A stretch of 64,000 bases of DNA from Planctomycetota bacterium (GTDB lineage Bacteria; Planctomycetota; UBA1135; UBA2386). Position numbers and translations under genes: made by a program. The DNA is taken from positions 7,200,001 through 7,264,000 of the forward strand of contig OZ245006.1 of assembly GCA_965223545.1 (NCBI GenBank), in the 5' to 3' direction. Below are positions 39,365-49,141 of the stretch, piece after piece. The notes under the pieces are model-generated. The model was not told the DNA's origin and ran no database searches. It worked only from the letters and a program-made list of their open reading frames with translations. The first letter of the stretch is position 1. Every line of letters begins with the position of its first letter.

Positions 39365-42300
39365 ATGCACCCAAGCCCCCTCTCGTCCGCAACTCTCTTC
39401 GTGTCCGCGCTTGCGCTGGGGCCGTTGGCGGCGCAGTCGCCGGTGCCGCAGCTGACCCTGGACATCAACCAGCGGACGGTCGGCAGCCCACCGAGCTCGA
39501 GTCCGACGGGCTTCGTGCAGATGGGGGCGTTCGTCTACTTCGCCGCGCGCGCCGACAAGGTCGGCAGCGAGCTGTTCCGCACCATCGGGGTGCCGAACAC
39601 GACCACCCTGGTCGCCGACATCGAGCCTGGTACCGGCAACTCGTCGCCCGGCAATCTGCAGGTGCTCCCCGGCGCGCGCTTGGTCTTCGCGGCCTTCCGC
39701 GCCGATATCGGGCGCGAGCTCTGGGTGTCGGATGGCACCGCGGCGAACACGCAGCCGATCGACATTCGCACCGGCACCGGTAGCTCCAATCCGAGTTGGT
39801 TGGCCGTCTCCGGCGTCAACGTGTTCTTTACCGCCGACGACGGTTCCGGCGTCGGCACCGAGCTGTGGATCAGCAACGGCAGTGCGGCCGGCACCCGGCT
39901 GGTTGCCGATATCCGCCCCGGCTCGAGCTCCGCTTCGATCACGCAGATCACGCCGTTCAAGAACGGCGTCCTGTTCTCCGCGACCGACGGCACCACTGGC
40001 ATCGAGCTGTGGTGGTCGGACGGCACCGCGGCGGGCACCACGATGGTGCTCGACATCAACAACGGCGCGGGTTCGGGGTCGCCGGTGCTCGGGCCGGTGC
40101 TCGGCACGGATCTGATTTTTGCCGCGACCGACGGTGTGATCGGCCAGGAGCTGTGGAAGAGCGACGGCACCAGCGCGGGCACGGGACTCGTGCGGGACAT
40201 CAACCCTGGATCGGGAACCTCGACCCCGACGTTCGGAATCGTCTGGAACAACGAGGTGTACTTCTCCGCGGACGACGGAACCAACGGCCGCGAGCCCTGG
40301 AAGACCGACGGCACACAGGCCGGCACCGCGATGATCCGCGACATCGCCGCGACGGCGTCCAGCTCCAATCCGGTCTTCGGCGCAGTCGCGAACAGCACCT
40401 CCGGCAGTCGTGTCTTGTTCAGTGCCACCGATGGCCTCGCCGGCGTGGAGCTGTGGGGGACCGACGGCACCTTGTTCGGCACGACGCTGGTGCAGGACAT
40501 CAACCCGGGGATCGCATCGTCGACTCCGAGCGGGTTCGTCACCGTCGGCTCCAAGGTGGCGTTCATCGCCAACGACGGCACCGTGGGGGCGGAGCTCTGG
40601 CAGAGCGACGGGACGGCTGCCGGCACCGCGTTGGTGTCCGACATTCGTTCCGGCGTGAGTTCGTCGGGTATGCGGGAGTTGACCCCGCACGCTGGACTGG
40701 TCGTGTTCCAGGCCAACGATGGCTTGACCGGCGCCGAGCTCTGGGGTTCGACGCTGAATCCGTCGGGCACGCAGCTGGCGGCCGACCTGCTGACCGGCAC
40801 CACGCAGAACTCGAGTCCCGCGGGCGTCGACTTGTTCGGCCGCACCGTCTTCGCCGCCGATGATGGAGTTCAAGGACGCGAGCTGTGGATCTCCGACGGC
40901 AGCGCCGCCGGTACCCAGCTGATCTCCGACTTGCGCGCAGGAGCGTCGAGCTCCAGTCCAACCGACCTGGTGCGCATGGGGCGGCACGTGTACTTCTCCG
41001 CGGATGTAACGGCGTCCGGTCGGGAGCTGTGGCGCACCGACGGCACCGCGGCGGGAACGTCCTTGGTCGCCGACATCGTGCCGGGCACCGGCTCGTCGGC
41101 GCCGGCCGAGCTCACCGTGTGGGGCGACCTGCTCTACTTCCGGGCCTACACGATCGCCACCGGTACCGAGCTGTGGCAATCGGACGGGACCGCGGCCGGG
41201 ACCGTCCTGGTCAAGGATATCGAGCCGGGTCCGGGCAGCGGTGATCCGCTGAACCTCACCCTCCACGCAGGGGCGCTGTACTTCTCGGCAGTCGACTACA
41301 ACGGCGACGAGCTCTGGATTTCCGACGGCACCGCGGCGGGGACGAAGCTGTTGGCGGATGTTTCGGTTGGCGCGTGGAGCTCGTCCCCCGCCGACCTCGT
41401 CTCGTTCGCGGGCGCGCTCCACTTCACCGCCTCCGATCGGGTGAATGGGCGGGAGCTGTGGCGCTCGGATGGGACCACGGCGGGCACCGTTCTGCTGAGC
41501 GACATCCAGAGCGGACTCGGCAGCAGCAACCCGGGCGCGCTCACCGTTGCCGGCTCGCAGCTCTTCTTCACCGCGAACGATGGCAGCAGGGGTACCGAGC
41601 TCTGGGTGACCAACGGTAGCGGCGCCGGCACGCGCTTGGTCGCCGACCTCGAAGCGGGCGCCAGCGGCTCCTCGCCGACAAACCTGACGGTGTTCGGCGC
41701 TTCCGTGCTGCTCTCGGCACGCACCTCGACCACCGGTACCGAGCTGTGGGTGTCGGATGGAACGGCGGCGGGCACGCGCGTGATCGACGTCGAGCCGGGC
41801 AGTGGCTCGTCGTCACCGAGCCCCGCGTTCGCGACGGGCAGCCGGTTCGCCTATTTCGGCGCGACCACCAGCGGCGAAGGGCAAGAGCTGTGGGTCACCG
41901 ACGGTACGCAAGCCGGGACGCGGCAGGTCGACTCGCTCGCCAGCGGCACCGCGTCGGCGACACCCGGCGACTACTTGCTCGGCGGCGGCTTGCTCTGGTT
42001 CGCCGCCTATGGCGATGGCGTGGGCCGCGAGCTGTGGACGCTCGACGTCGGCGCGAACGTGCAACAAGTCGGGCAGGGCTGCGGCCAGCGCGGTGGCGTT
42101 TTGAGCGCCACCGATCCGGTGCTCGGCCAGCTGATGCAGGTCCGCGGCCGCGACGCGCTGCCGGGAACCACGGGCTTCGTCCTGCTCAGTGGGCCGTTGC
42201 CGGCGATTCCACTGGGCAGCGGCTGCTTCTTCTACCTGCTGCCGCAGGGGTTCGCGAATCTGGGAGCGGTACCGATCACCAGCGGGAGTTGGGCGGTGCC

Positions 42301-42427
42301 GGTGCCGATTCCCAACCTGGCCATCCTCAACGGGTTGACCGTGGCGTTCCAAACGGTGATCGGGCCGACCACGGCGCCGCGCGGGTTCGATCTGAGCAGC
42401 GCCGTGTTCGCGACTCTCGGGCGTTGA
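39365..42427 (+). CDS. Secreted ELWxxDGT repeat protein with the shared C-terminal domain
   Basis: Signal peptide and many GxELWxSDGTAAGTxLVxDI repeats. Confidence 0.92.
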   Translation: MHPSPLSSATLFVSALALGPLAAQSPVPQLTLDINQRTVGSPPSSSPTGFVQMGAFVYFAARADKVGSELFRTIGVPNTTTLVADIEPGTGNSSPGNLQVLPGARLVFAAFRADIGRELWVSDGTAANTQPIDIRTGTGSSNPSWLAVSGVNVFFTADDGSGVGTELWISNGSAAGTRLVADIRPGSSSASITQITPFKNGVLFSATDGTTGIELWWSDGTAAGTTMVLDINNGAGSGSPVLGPVLGTDLIFAATDGVIGQELWKSDGTSAGTGLVRDINPGSGTSTPTFGIVWNNEVYFSADDGTNGREPWKTDGTQAGTAMIRDIAATASSSNPVFGAVANSTSGSRVLFSATDGLAGVELWGTDGTLFGTTLVQDINPGIASSTPSGFVTVGSKVAFIANDGTVGAELWQSDGTAAGTALVSDIRSGVSSSGMRELTPHAGLVVFQANDGLTGAELWGSTLNPSGTQLAADLLTGTTQNSSPAGVDLFGRTVFAADDGVQGRELWISDGSAAGTQLISDLRAGASSSSPTDLVRMGRHVYFSADVTASGRELWRTDGTAAGTSLVADIVPGTGSSAPAELTVWGDLLYFRAYTIATGTELWQSDGTAAGTVLVKDIEPGPGSGDPLNLTLHAGALYFSAVDYNGDELWISDGTAAGTKLLADVSVGAWSSSPADLVSFAGALHFTASDRVNGRELWRSDGTTAGTVLLSDIQSGLGSSNPGALTVAGSQLFFTANDGSRGTELWVTNGSGAGTRLVADLEAGASGSSPTNLTVFGASVLLSARTSTTGTELWVSDGTAAGTRVIDVEPGSGSSSPSPAFATGSRFAYFGATTSGEGQELWVTDGTQAGTRQVDSLASGTASATPGDYLLGGGLLWFAAYGDGVGRELWTLDVGANVQQVGQGCGQRGGVLSATDPVLGQLMQVRGRDALPGTTGFVLLSGPLPAIPLGSGCFFYLLPQGFANLGAVPITSGSWAVPVPIPNLAILNGLTVAFQTVIGPTTAPRGFDLSSAVFATLGR

Positions 42428-42460
42428 GTACCCGCAGGGTTGCCGCGTAGTGCGTGTTCG

Positions 42461-43285
42461 TCACTCTCGGCTTCTGAGACGGCTTCGCGCCGTCGCCGAC
42501 AGATCACCGAGGGAGGCTGCCGCGAGCGCTTGCAGCAACCGGCGGTTGTGCTGCGGCGCGGTGTGCCCCGCGGCGAGCACGTGGATGCGGCCGAGCAGCT
42601 TGGTGGCGTTCACCGCCCGCAGGGCGGGCACCGCCGACAATCCCAAAGCGACGAGATCGTCGTCACCCTTGCGTGTGCCGCGGCGGGCCAGGGCTGTCGC
42701 CACGTCGGCCGCCTGGCGTGCTCCGACCGCCGGCGACCAGTGCAGCATCCGGCGCAGCCATTCCTCGGGCGGCGTCGGCGTGCGCGGACCGGTGCCGAGC
42801 TCGATGCCGAGAGGTACGAACAGGCGGCTCTGGCGCTTTCCCGCTGTGTCGCTCGAGCGCGGGGCGCGCTCGAGCTCGAGAAATGTACCGTCGTCGCTGA
42901 CGCCACGGACCTGACAGGTCTCACCGGCGGGGGTCGGCACCGTGGCGAGCGTGGCGCCGTCGCGGGCGAGCAGGGTGAAGCCCGGTAGCATCGAGCGAAG
43001 CACGAAGCCGTTGCCCGTGGGGGAGATCCACATCCGCATGTGGAAGTGATCGCGCGTAGCGAAGCTGCGCTCGAACTTGCCGCGCTCGAGCCAACCTTCG
43101 GTGCCGCGCTCGAGGAAGCGAAATGAGAAGTGGTAGGGGCCGTGGTGGCGCTTCCCCGTGCCGGGGACAGAGCGGGCCTCGACGGAATAGCGACCGTCGG
43201 CGCTGGTCTCCGTGACGTGCTGCGCGCCCAGACAACACTGCGCGTGCAGCGCGCCGCCAGCCCCGGCGGCGAGCACCGCGATCAG
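42461..43285 (-). CDS. Secreted hypothetical protein
   Basis: Signal-like LIAVLAAGAGGALHAQ followed by a plausible coding sequence. Start uncertain (CTG 43285 or GTG 43276). Confidence 0.55.
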   Translation of the reverse strand: MIAVLAAGAGGALHAQCCLGAQHVTETSADGRYSVEARSVPGTGKRHHGPYHFSFRFLERGTEGWLERGKFERSFATRDHFHMRMWISPTGNGFVLRSMLPGFTLLARDGATLATVPTPAGETCQVRGVSDDGTFLELERAPRSSDTAGKRQSRLFVPLGIELGTGPRTPTPPEEWLRRMLHWSPAVGARQAADVATALARRGTRKGDDDLVALGLSAVPALRAVNATKLLGRIHVLAAGHTAPQHNRRLLQALAAASLGDLSATARSRLRSRE

Positions 43286-43578
43286 TGCTCTCGAGGCTCG
43301 CAGTGCGCGCCGTGCCCTCGGCGTGGCGGCACCGGATCGTAGCCCGAGGTGGCGAATGGCTGGCAACGCAGGATGCGCCACAGCGCCAGGCCGGTCCCGC
43401 GCAGCGGACCGTGCACGCGGAGCGCGCGCAGCGCGTACTCCGAGCAGGTTGGCCGAAAGCGGCACGTCGGTGGCTTCCACGGTGAGATCAGCGCGCGGTA
43501 GAGCATGATCGGCAGTGCCAGGATCGTCGTGCCGGCGCGCGACAGCAGAGCGAGTGCGCGCTGGATCGCGGTGTTCAC
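43282..43578 (-). CDS. yidD: Membrane protein insertion efficiency factor YidD
   Basis: YRALISP...CRFRPTCSEYA...RILRCQPF...GYDPVP. Confidence 0.95.
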   Translation of the reverse strand: MNTAIQRALALLSRAGTTILALPIMLYRALISPWKPPTCRFRPTCSEYALRALRVHGPLRGTGLALWRILRCQPFATSGYDPVPPRRGHGAHCEPREH

Positions 43579-43973
43579 GATTGCCCCCGGCGGCCGCGGC
43601 GGCGGCGTGGGCGCTGGCTCTTGGCGTGCAGGGCGCGCACCGCGGCGGCGAGCTCGTGGCGGACTTCGGCGAGGACATAGCGCGGTTTGGCCTGTGGGAT
43701 GAGGATCAGATCGAAGTTGCCCACCAACGACGGCCGCTCGAGCCGAAACGCTTCCCGAAAGATGCGTTTGATCTTGTTGCGGCGGACGGCGGGTCCGTGC
43801 GCCTTCGACACCGACAGCCCCAGACGGCAGCCCGCTTGGCGCCGTCGCGCGCCGACGACGATGAGGTTGTCGCCGCGCCGGCGGTCGCCGCGCCGGTAGA
43901 CGTGGCGAAACTCCCGCTGCGTGCGCAGCCGCGCGGCGCGCGGCAGGCCGAAGCGCGCCGGCGCTCGGCTCAC
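43575..43973 (-). CDS. rnpA: Ribonuclease P protein component
   Basis: RLRTQREF, RLGLSVSK and AVRRNKIKRIFREAFR. GTGA overlap with the upstream gene. Confidence 0.93.
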   Translation of the reverse strand: MSRAPARFGLPRAARLRTQREFRHVYRRGDRRRGDNLIVVGARRRQAGCRLGLSVSKAHGPAVRRNKIKRIFREAFRLERPSLVGNFDLILIPQAKPRYVLAEVRHELAAAVRALHAKSQRPRRRRGRRGQS

Positions 43974-44968
43974 CCGCCGCCGCCGGGTGTGGTCGACGCG
44001 CCGTGCTCGCGCAAGATGCGGAGCGCCTCGCGCGCCTGGGGGCTGTCGAGGGGCACCTTGGGCAAGAAGTGCTGCAGATCGCGGACCGCCTCGTCGGTGC
44101 GGCCGAGCTCCAGCAGGCTGCGGGCGCGGTTGTAGTACTCGTGGGTCAGGCCGGGCACCCGACCCAGCGCTTCGTCGAGCTGGGCGACGACCAGCTCGTG
44201 GTGATCGCGCTTGAAGTGCAGGTTGGCGAGGTAGGCGCGGACCCGCACCTCGTCGTCGATCAACGCCTGCAGTTCGCGGCGCTTCTCGCGCTCGAACTCC
44301 ACCTCCATCGTGTCGTGGATCTGGCGTTGCACGGCGGTCTGCTCCTGACGCGCGCGGGCCAAGAACGCGTGGCCGTGCTCGACCGCCTTGTTGTAGTCGT
44401 CGCGCCACCACTCGATCTGCATCAGGCCGAAGTGGGCGCGCCGCACTTGGTCGCCGAGCTCGACGAGGCGCTCGAGCTGCCCCTCGGCCAGGGCGAAGTG
44501 CTGCAGCGCCGTGGCCCGCAGGGTCGCCGCGCGGTTGATGCGCTCGGCGTGGCGTGCGGATTCGGCGGCCATCCGCTCGGCCTCGGCGCGCAGGTCCTGG
44601 GACTCGGTCAGAGCGCGCAGCCCGGCGACGGTGTGCGCCTCGGCGTAGCCCAGCCGCGCGTAGGCGGCGTGGTCGGCATCGGCGCGCAGCCCGGCGATCT
44701 CGTCGAACGCCTGCACGGCGCGGTCGAGCATGACCGCGTCGTCGCGGCCGGCGCGCAGCCAGCACCACGCCTGGATCGCGCGCAGGTTGTAGTCGTCGGG
44801 ATCGATCTCCAAGCCGCGCCGCGCCTGGTCGAGGGCCTGGTCGAAGTTGCCCCAGTCCCAATACAGCTTGGCGTTGCTCTGATAGCGCGTCAGCGCGGTG
44901 CGGTCCTCCTCGGACATGCCGAAGATCCCGCACGCGGCCAGCAGCAGAAGGGGAGTCAGTCGCAGCAT
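43970..44968 (-). CDS. TPR-repeat lipoprotein
   Basis: LLAAC lipobox and TPR-like helices (YYNRARSLLELG). Confidence 0.8.
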   Translation of the reverse strand: MLRLTPLLLLAACGIFGMSEEDRTALTRYQSNAKLYWDWGNFDQALDQARRGLEIDPDDYNLRAIQAWCWLRAGRDDAVMLDRAVQAFDEIAGLRADADHAAYARLGYAEAHTVAGLRALTESQDLRAEAERMAAESARHAERINRAATLRATALQHFALAEGQLERLVELGDQVRRAHFGLMQIEWWRDDYNKAVEHGHAFLARARQEQTAVQRQIHDTMEVEFEREKRRELQALIDDEVRVRAYLANLHFKRDHHELVVAQLDEALGRVPGLTHEYYNRARSLLELGRTDEAVRDLQHFLPKVPLDSPQAREALRILREHGASTTPGGGG

Positions 44969-45108
44969 CGGTCGATTGCGCCGATTCCCTTTTCAGAGCG
45001 GCGCCGTGGCAGGAGGACGGGGGCCGACGGGGGCTTCGTCGGTCCACAGTGGTGGGCCCGCGCCGGTTCTCGCTGCCCGAGGCGGGCTTGTCAAGGGTGC
45101 CGGCCGGT

Positions 45109-47142
45109 CTACGGATCGGCCGGGTCGACCGCCTCGGCCGACCGGCGGTGCTCCTCGGCCTCCCGGTCGCGCCCGACCTCGCTGAGCAGGGCCGCCACGC
45201 GGAGGTGGATCGCGGCGCAGTCCCGCCGCAGCTGCGCTTGGCTGGGATCGCGGTCGAGCAGCTCGTGTAGGGTCGCCAGCGCGCCCGCCATCAGCTCGTG
45301 GCCCCGCTCGACCTCACCCTCGGCAACGGCGAGGTCGCCGGCCAGCTCGGTGATCAGCGCGTGATCGCGCGCCCATTCGCCGTTCGAGGGATCGATGCGC
45401 ACCAGCCGGTCGGCGACCTCGCGGGCGCTGTGCACGGCGCGCGCCGCGTCGCCGATGCGGCCGGCGGTGTGCAGGATCACGCCCAAGCGTTCGTGGCACA
45501 AGCAGAGCTCGTGCTGCCACTCGGCGTTGTCGCTGTCGCGGTCGGCGAGCTCCTGTGCCAGGGCGACGGCTTCGCGCAGCGACTGCTCGGCGGCCTCGAG
45601 CTGGCCGAGCTCGGTTTGCGCGTGGCCGACGTCGCGCAGGGCGGCGGCCAAGTCGCGCCGCAGTGCCGGGCTCTCGCCGCCGAAGTGCAGCAGGCGCCGG
45701 CTGATCGAGAGCACCGACTGGTAATGCTCCAGCGCCTCGGCGTGCCGCCCCTCCGCCTGCCGTGCGTGGCCGAGCCGCGCGTGGCTGGTGGCGATGTCGT
45801 GGTCCCACTCGGCGTCGGTGGGGTAGCGGGCCGCCTGGTCTTCGGCCAGCGCCAAGGCCTGCTCGTGGTGGCGCGCCGCCTCCGCCTCGCGCCCCTGCTG
45901 GGTCAGAACGTCGCCGAGCCGGGTGTGGCTGGCGACCAGCTCGCGCTGCCACCGCGGATCGTCGGGGGCGCGCGACGCGGCGCGCTCGGCGACCGCGAAG
46001 GCTTGCTCGAACTCGGCCAGTGCACCGGCCAACATCCCCTGGCGCGACAGCACGTCGCCGACGTTCTGCCGTGAGATCACCAGATCTTGTTGGAACGCGG
46101 GGTCGTTGGGCTCGAGCTGCAGTAGCTCGTCGATCATCGCGGCGGCGGCGCGGTAGTGCTCGAGTGCGGTACCCAGGTCGCCGCGCTCGAGGTGGATCTC
46201 GCCGGCGGCGTCGGTGCACAGCGCCAGCTCGTGCTGCCACAGCACCTCTTCGGGCTCGCGCTCGGCGAGCTCCTGGCGCAGCCGCAGCGCCGTGCTGCCG
46301 TGGTCGTGCGCCTCGTCGACCTGGCCCAGGTCGAGCATCACTTCGGCCATGCGTTGCTCGCTCGCCGCCAGCTCGTCGATGGCCTCCACCGATCGCTCGG
46401 TGGCCTGCACCAGCTGCTCGGCGGCGTCGCGATAGGCGCGGTAGTGCTCGAGCGCGGCGGTCAGCTCGCCGCGGCTCGCCAACAGTCGGCCGGTGTGGTG
46501 GTGGCGCAGTGCCTGGTCGCGGACCAGGGGCAGCGGGCTCTTGTCGCCCGAGTCGCCCGTGTAGCCGTCGGGGATGCTGTCGCCGAGCGCCAGCGCGGCG
46601 CGGTAGTGCATCAGGGCCTGCTCGGTGTAGCCGAGGTGGCTCTGCACGTCGGCGACACGGTCGTGGCACAGCGCGCAGTCGCGCTGGAACTCGACTTCGG
46701 CGGGGTGGCGCTCGGCCAGCAGCGTCGCGCGCTCCAAGGCGGCGCCGTAGTGGATCTCGGCGCGCTCGAAGTCGGCGACCTCGTGGGCGACGTCGCCCAG
46801 TCGTTGCTCGGCGACGACCAGCTCGTGGGTCCACTCTTCGTTGTCGGGTTCCTGGGCGGCGAGCTTCTGCGCGAGGTCGCGCGCCGCGTGGTACTGCTCC
46901 GCCGCTTGGTCGAACTCCATGCGGTCGAACAGACGGTCGCCCAGCTGGCCGCGACAATCGATCAGCTCGGCGGCGGCCTCGGGATCGCGTGGTGCCTTGC
47001 GGTGGCGGGCCTGTGCCCGGGCCAGGCGCTGCCGCAGCGGTTGTTCGGATTCGTTGGCCACCCGCATACCTTGGACCAGCGACTGCGGTTTGGCAATGCG
47101 CGAACCACGCGGCCGCGGGCCGCGTTCAGCCGAGGTCGTCAT
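45109..47142 (-). CDS. Stand-alone TPR-repeat protein
   Basis: Repeated WQxELxxxHxRLGDV...ALxHY units. Start may be ATG 47067. Confidence 0.82.
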   Translation of the reverse strand: MTTSAERGPRPRGSRIAKPQSLVQGMRVANESEQPLRQRLARAQARHRKAPRDPEAAAELIDCRGQLGDRLFDRMEFDQAAEQYHAARDLAQKLAAQEPDNEEWTHELVVAEQRLGDVAHEVADFERAEIHYGAALERATLLAERHPAEVEFQRDCALCHDRVADVQSHLGYTEQALMHYRAALALGDSIPDGYTGDSGDKSPLPLVRDQALRHHHTGRLLASRGELTAALEHYRAYRDAAEQLVQATERSVEAIDELAASEQRMAEVMLDLGQVDEAHDHGSTALRLRQELAEREPEEVLWQHELALCTDAAGEIHLERGDLGTALEHYRAAAAMIDELLQLEPNDPAFQQDLVISRQNVGDVLSRQGMLAGALAEFEQAFAVAERAASRAPDDPRWQRELVASHTRLGDVLTQQGREAEAARHHEQALALAEDQAARYPTDAEWDHDIATSHARLGHARQAEGRHAEALEHYQSVLSISRRLLHFGGESPALRRDLAAALRDVGHAQTELGQLEAAEQSLREAVALAQELADRDSDNAEWQHELCLCHERLGVILHTAGRIGDAARAVHSAREVADRLVRIDPSNGEWARDHALITELAGDLAVAEGEVERGHELMAGALATLHELLDRDPSQAQLRRDCAAIHLRVAALLSEVGRDREAEEHRRSAEAVDPADP

Positions 47143-48670
47143 CCCGGTTCTGCAGCCGCGCCAGGCGCGCGGCGTCGGCGCGCACGCTGACGGTCTTGGT
47201 GTGGTTGGGGACTACCTGTCCCGGTGGTGCTCCCTTGGGCTTGCGCACGTGCTTGGCCCGCGTGTAGACCACGTCGCAGACCGGAGCGCCGCGCGCCTTG
47301 CTGAAGTGCACCGCCAGGCAGCCGGCGTCGAGCAGGGTCTCGAGGCTGGCGGTCTTGCCGCGGGGCAGGCGCACCACGACGTGGCTGCCGGCGCGGCCGC
47401 CGCCGACGTGCAGCCACAAGTCGTTGCCGCGGGCGATCTGCCGGCACAGGCGGTCGTTGTCGGCGTTGCTCTTGCCGACCAGGATCGGGTAGCCCTCGGC
47501 CGAGCGAAACTCGCGCACCCCGGCCATCGCCGCGGCCCGCTGGCGCGGTCCGCGGCCGCCCGCCGGCCGACTCGTCGGGGCGCTGAGCGCGGCGGGGATC
47601 ACCCCGAGGCGCTGGAGCTCGGCGCGCACCGCGGCGAGGTCGGTTTCGTCGCCGGCCGCCGCCAGGGCCGTGGCCGCGGCGCGCAGCGCGTCGTGCCGGG
47701 CGCGCGCCTGCGCCAGCCGCTGCTCCGCCGTGGTGCGCGCGGCCTCGAGCTTGGCGGCCCGCCGGTAGAGCGCGTTGGCCTGTGCCGGGATCGGCACTCC
47801 GGCGCGCAACGGGATCCGCACCGTGCGGGTCGGCTCGAGTGGGTCCTCGACCTCGAGGACGTCTCGGCCGGCTCGGGCGCCAAAACCGTAGGCCAGCAGC
47901 AGGTCGGCCTGTTGCCGGACCGCGTCGGCCGCCTCGATCTCGGCGAGCTGGCGTTCGAGGCCGGCGCACTGGTGGGCGTTGCGGCGCTCGGCGCGGTCGA
48001 GGGCTCGTTGCAGCTCCAGCCGCTCTCCCTCGCGTTCGGCGTGCTCGTCGTGAACCGTGAACCAGCGGTCGATCGCCGCGTCGAGCGCCTCGCCGTCGGT
48101 GCCGGTGAAGCGAGCTTCCGCGCCCGCCGCCGGCGTCGGGCTCGCCGCCGGCTCCGGCCGCGGCGGTGGCGGGCGGTAGACGACGCCGGGGCGCAGCGTG
48201 CGCTGCGCCGACTGCGGCAGCCTCGAGAGCTCGACGATGCGATCCTCGGCGTCCAGCGTGCACCACAGGCCGCGCGGCCCGAACAGCTCGACGATCAGCG
48301 CACGCGCGCCGTCCTCGTTCGCGAGATCCAGGCGAAGCCAGCGCTCGCCCGCGGGCTGCGTCCACTCCAGCAGCCGGGCGCCGCGCAAGCCGGCGCGCAG
48401 CCGGTCGACGAGTGGGCCCTGGGCGAAAGCCTGCTTGGGGAAACGGCGCCGCGTGGTGCAGATGCGCGCCCGCGCGCCGCCCGGTGCGATGTGCAGCGCG
48501 CGCTTGGCCGCGCCGACCCGGACGAACAGCAGCAGATCGTCCGACTGCGCCAGGCGCGCGCAGTCGACGATCTCGCCGCCGGCCAGCAGGGCGCGCAGCG
48601 CGGCGATCTCGCGCGCCAGCTCGGTGGCGTCGAGGCCGCCGGGGCGCCGCGGGCCACTGCAGTTGGTCAG
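47126..48670 (-). CDS. NFACT family (FbpA/RqcH-like) protein
   Basis: Motifs LIVELFG, ILVGKSNADND, DLWLH..GSHVV and DVVYTRAKHVRKPKG. The frame is open upstream of TTG 48388 up to CTG 48670. Confidence 0.85.
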   Translation of the reverse strand: MTNCSGPRRPGGLDATELAREIAALRALLAGGEIVDCARLAQSDDLLLFVRVGAAKRALHIAPGGARARICTTRRRFPKQAFAQGPLVDRLRAGLRGARLLEWTQPAGERWLRLDLANEDGARALIVELFGPRGLWCTLDAEDRIVELSRLPQSAQRTLRPGVVYRPPPPRPEPAASPTPAAGAEARFTGTDGEALDAAIDRWFTVHDEHAEREGERLELQRALDRAERRNAHQCAGLERQLAEIEAADAVRQQADLLLAYGFGARAGRDVLEVEDPLEPTRTVRIPLRAGVPIPAQANALYRRAAKLEAARTTAEQRLAQARARHDALRAAATALAAAGDETDLAAVRAELQRLGVIPAALSAPTSRPAGGRGPRQRAAAMAGVREFRSAEGYPILVGKSNADNDRLCRQIARGNDLWLHVGGGRAGSHVVVRLPRGKTASLETLLDAGCLAVHFSKARGAPVCDVVYTRAKHVRKPKGAPPGQVVPNHTKTVSVRADAARLARLQNRDDDLG

Positions 48671-49128
48671 AGCTCCTCGTCGGCGTCGTAGATCCAGGCG
48701 AAGCCGTCGTGGTCGTAGTCGACGCAGCCCTCGGGGAAGAACAGGCCGAGCTCCTTCTCGGCTGCCTCGGGGCTGTCCGAGCCGTGCACGAGGTTGTAGG
48801 AGCGGCTGACGCCGTAGTCCCCGCGGATGGTGCCGGGAGCGGCGTCGGCACCGAAGGTGGCGCCCATCATCGTGCGGCAGACGCCGATCGCGCCGTTGCC
48901 CTCGATCGCCAAGGCGACGATCGGCGACTTGGTCATGAACTTCACCAGGCCTTCGTAGAACGGCTTGCCCTGGTGGGCGGCGTAATGCTTGGCGGCGAGC
49001 TCGGCGGTCATCCGCATCAGCTTCATTCCGACAATCTTCAGTCCCTTGGCCTCGAAGCGCCCCAGAATGTCGCCGATCAGACCGCGCTGCACGGCGTCGG
49101 GCTTGAGCAGAATCAAAGTACGTTCCAT
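48667..49128 (-). CDS. ndk: Nucleoside diphosphate kinase
   Basis: Motifs ERTLILLKPDAVQRGL, PGTIRGD and NLVHGSDS. Confidence 0.97.
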   Translation of the reverse strand: MERTLILLKPDAVQRGLIGDILGRFEAKGLKIVGMKLMRMTAELAAKHYAAHQGKPFYEGLVKFMTKSPIVALAIEGNGAIGVCRTMMGATFGADAAPGTIRGDYGVSRSYNLVHGSDSPEAAEKELGLFFPEGCVDYDHDGFAWIYDADEEL

Positions 49129-49141
49129 GCCGGGGATCTAA

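Noticed and set aside
32164..41422. Long ORF-track extensions (32164..36252, 38453..41422, 38170..39468)
   Set aside because: The N-terminal parts are Arg/Pro-rich off-frame or antisense readings that overlap better-supported genes, as expected at high GC.
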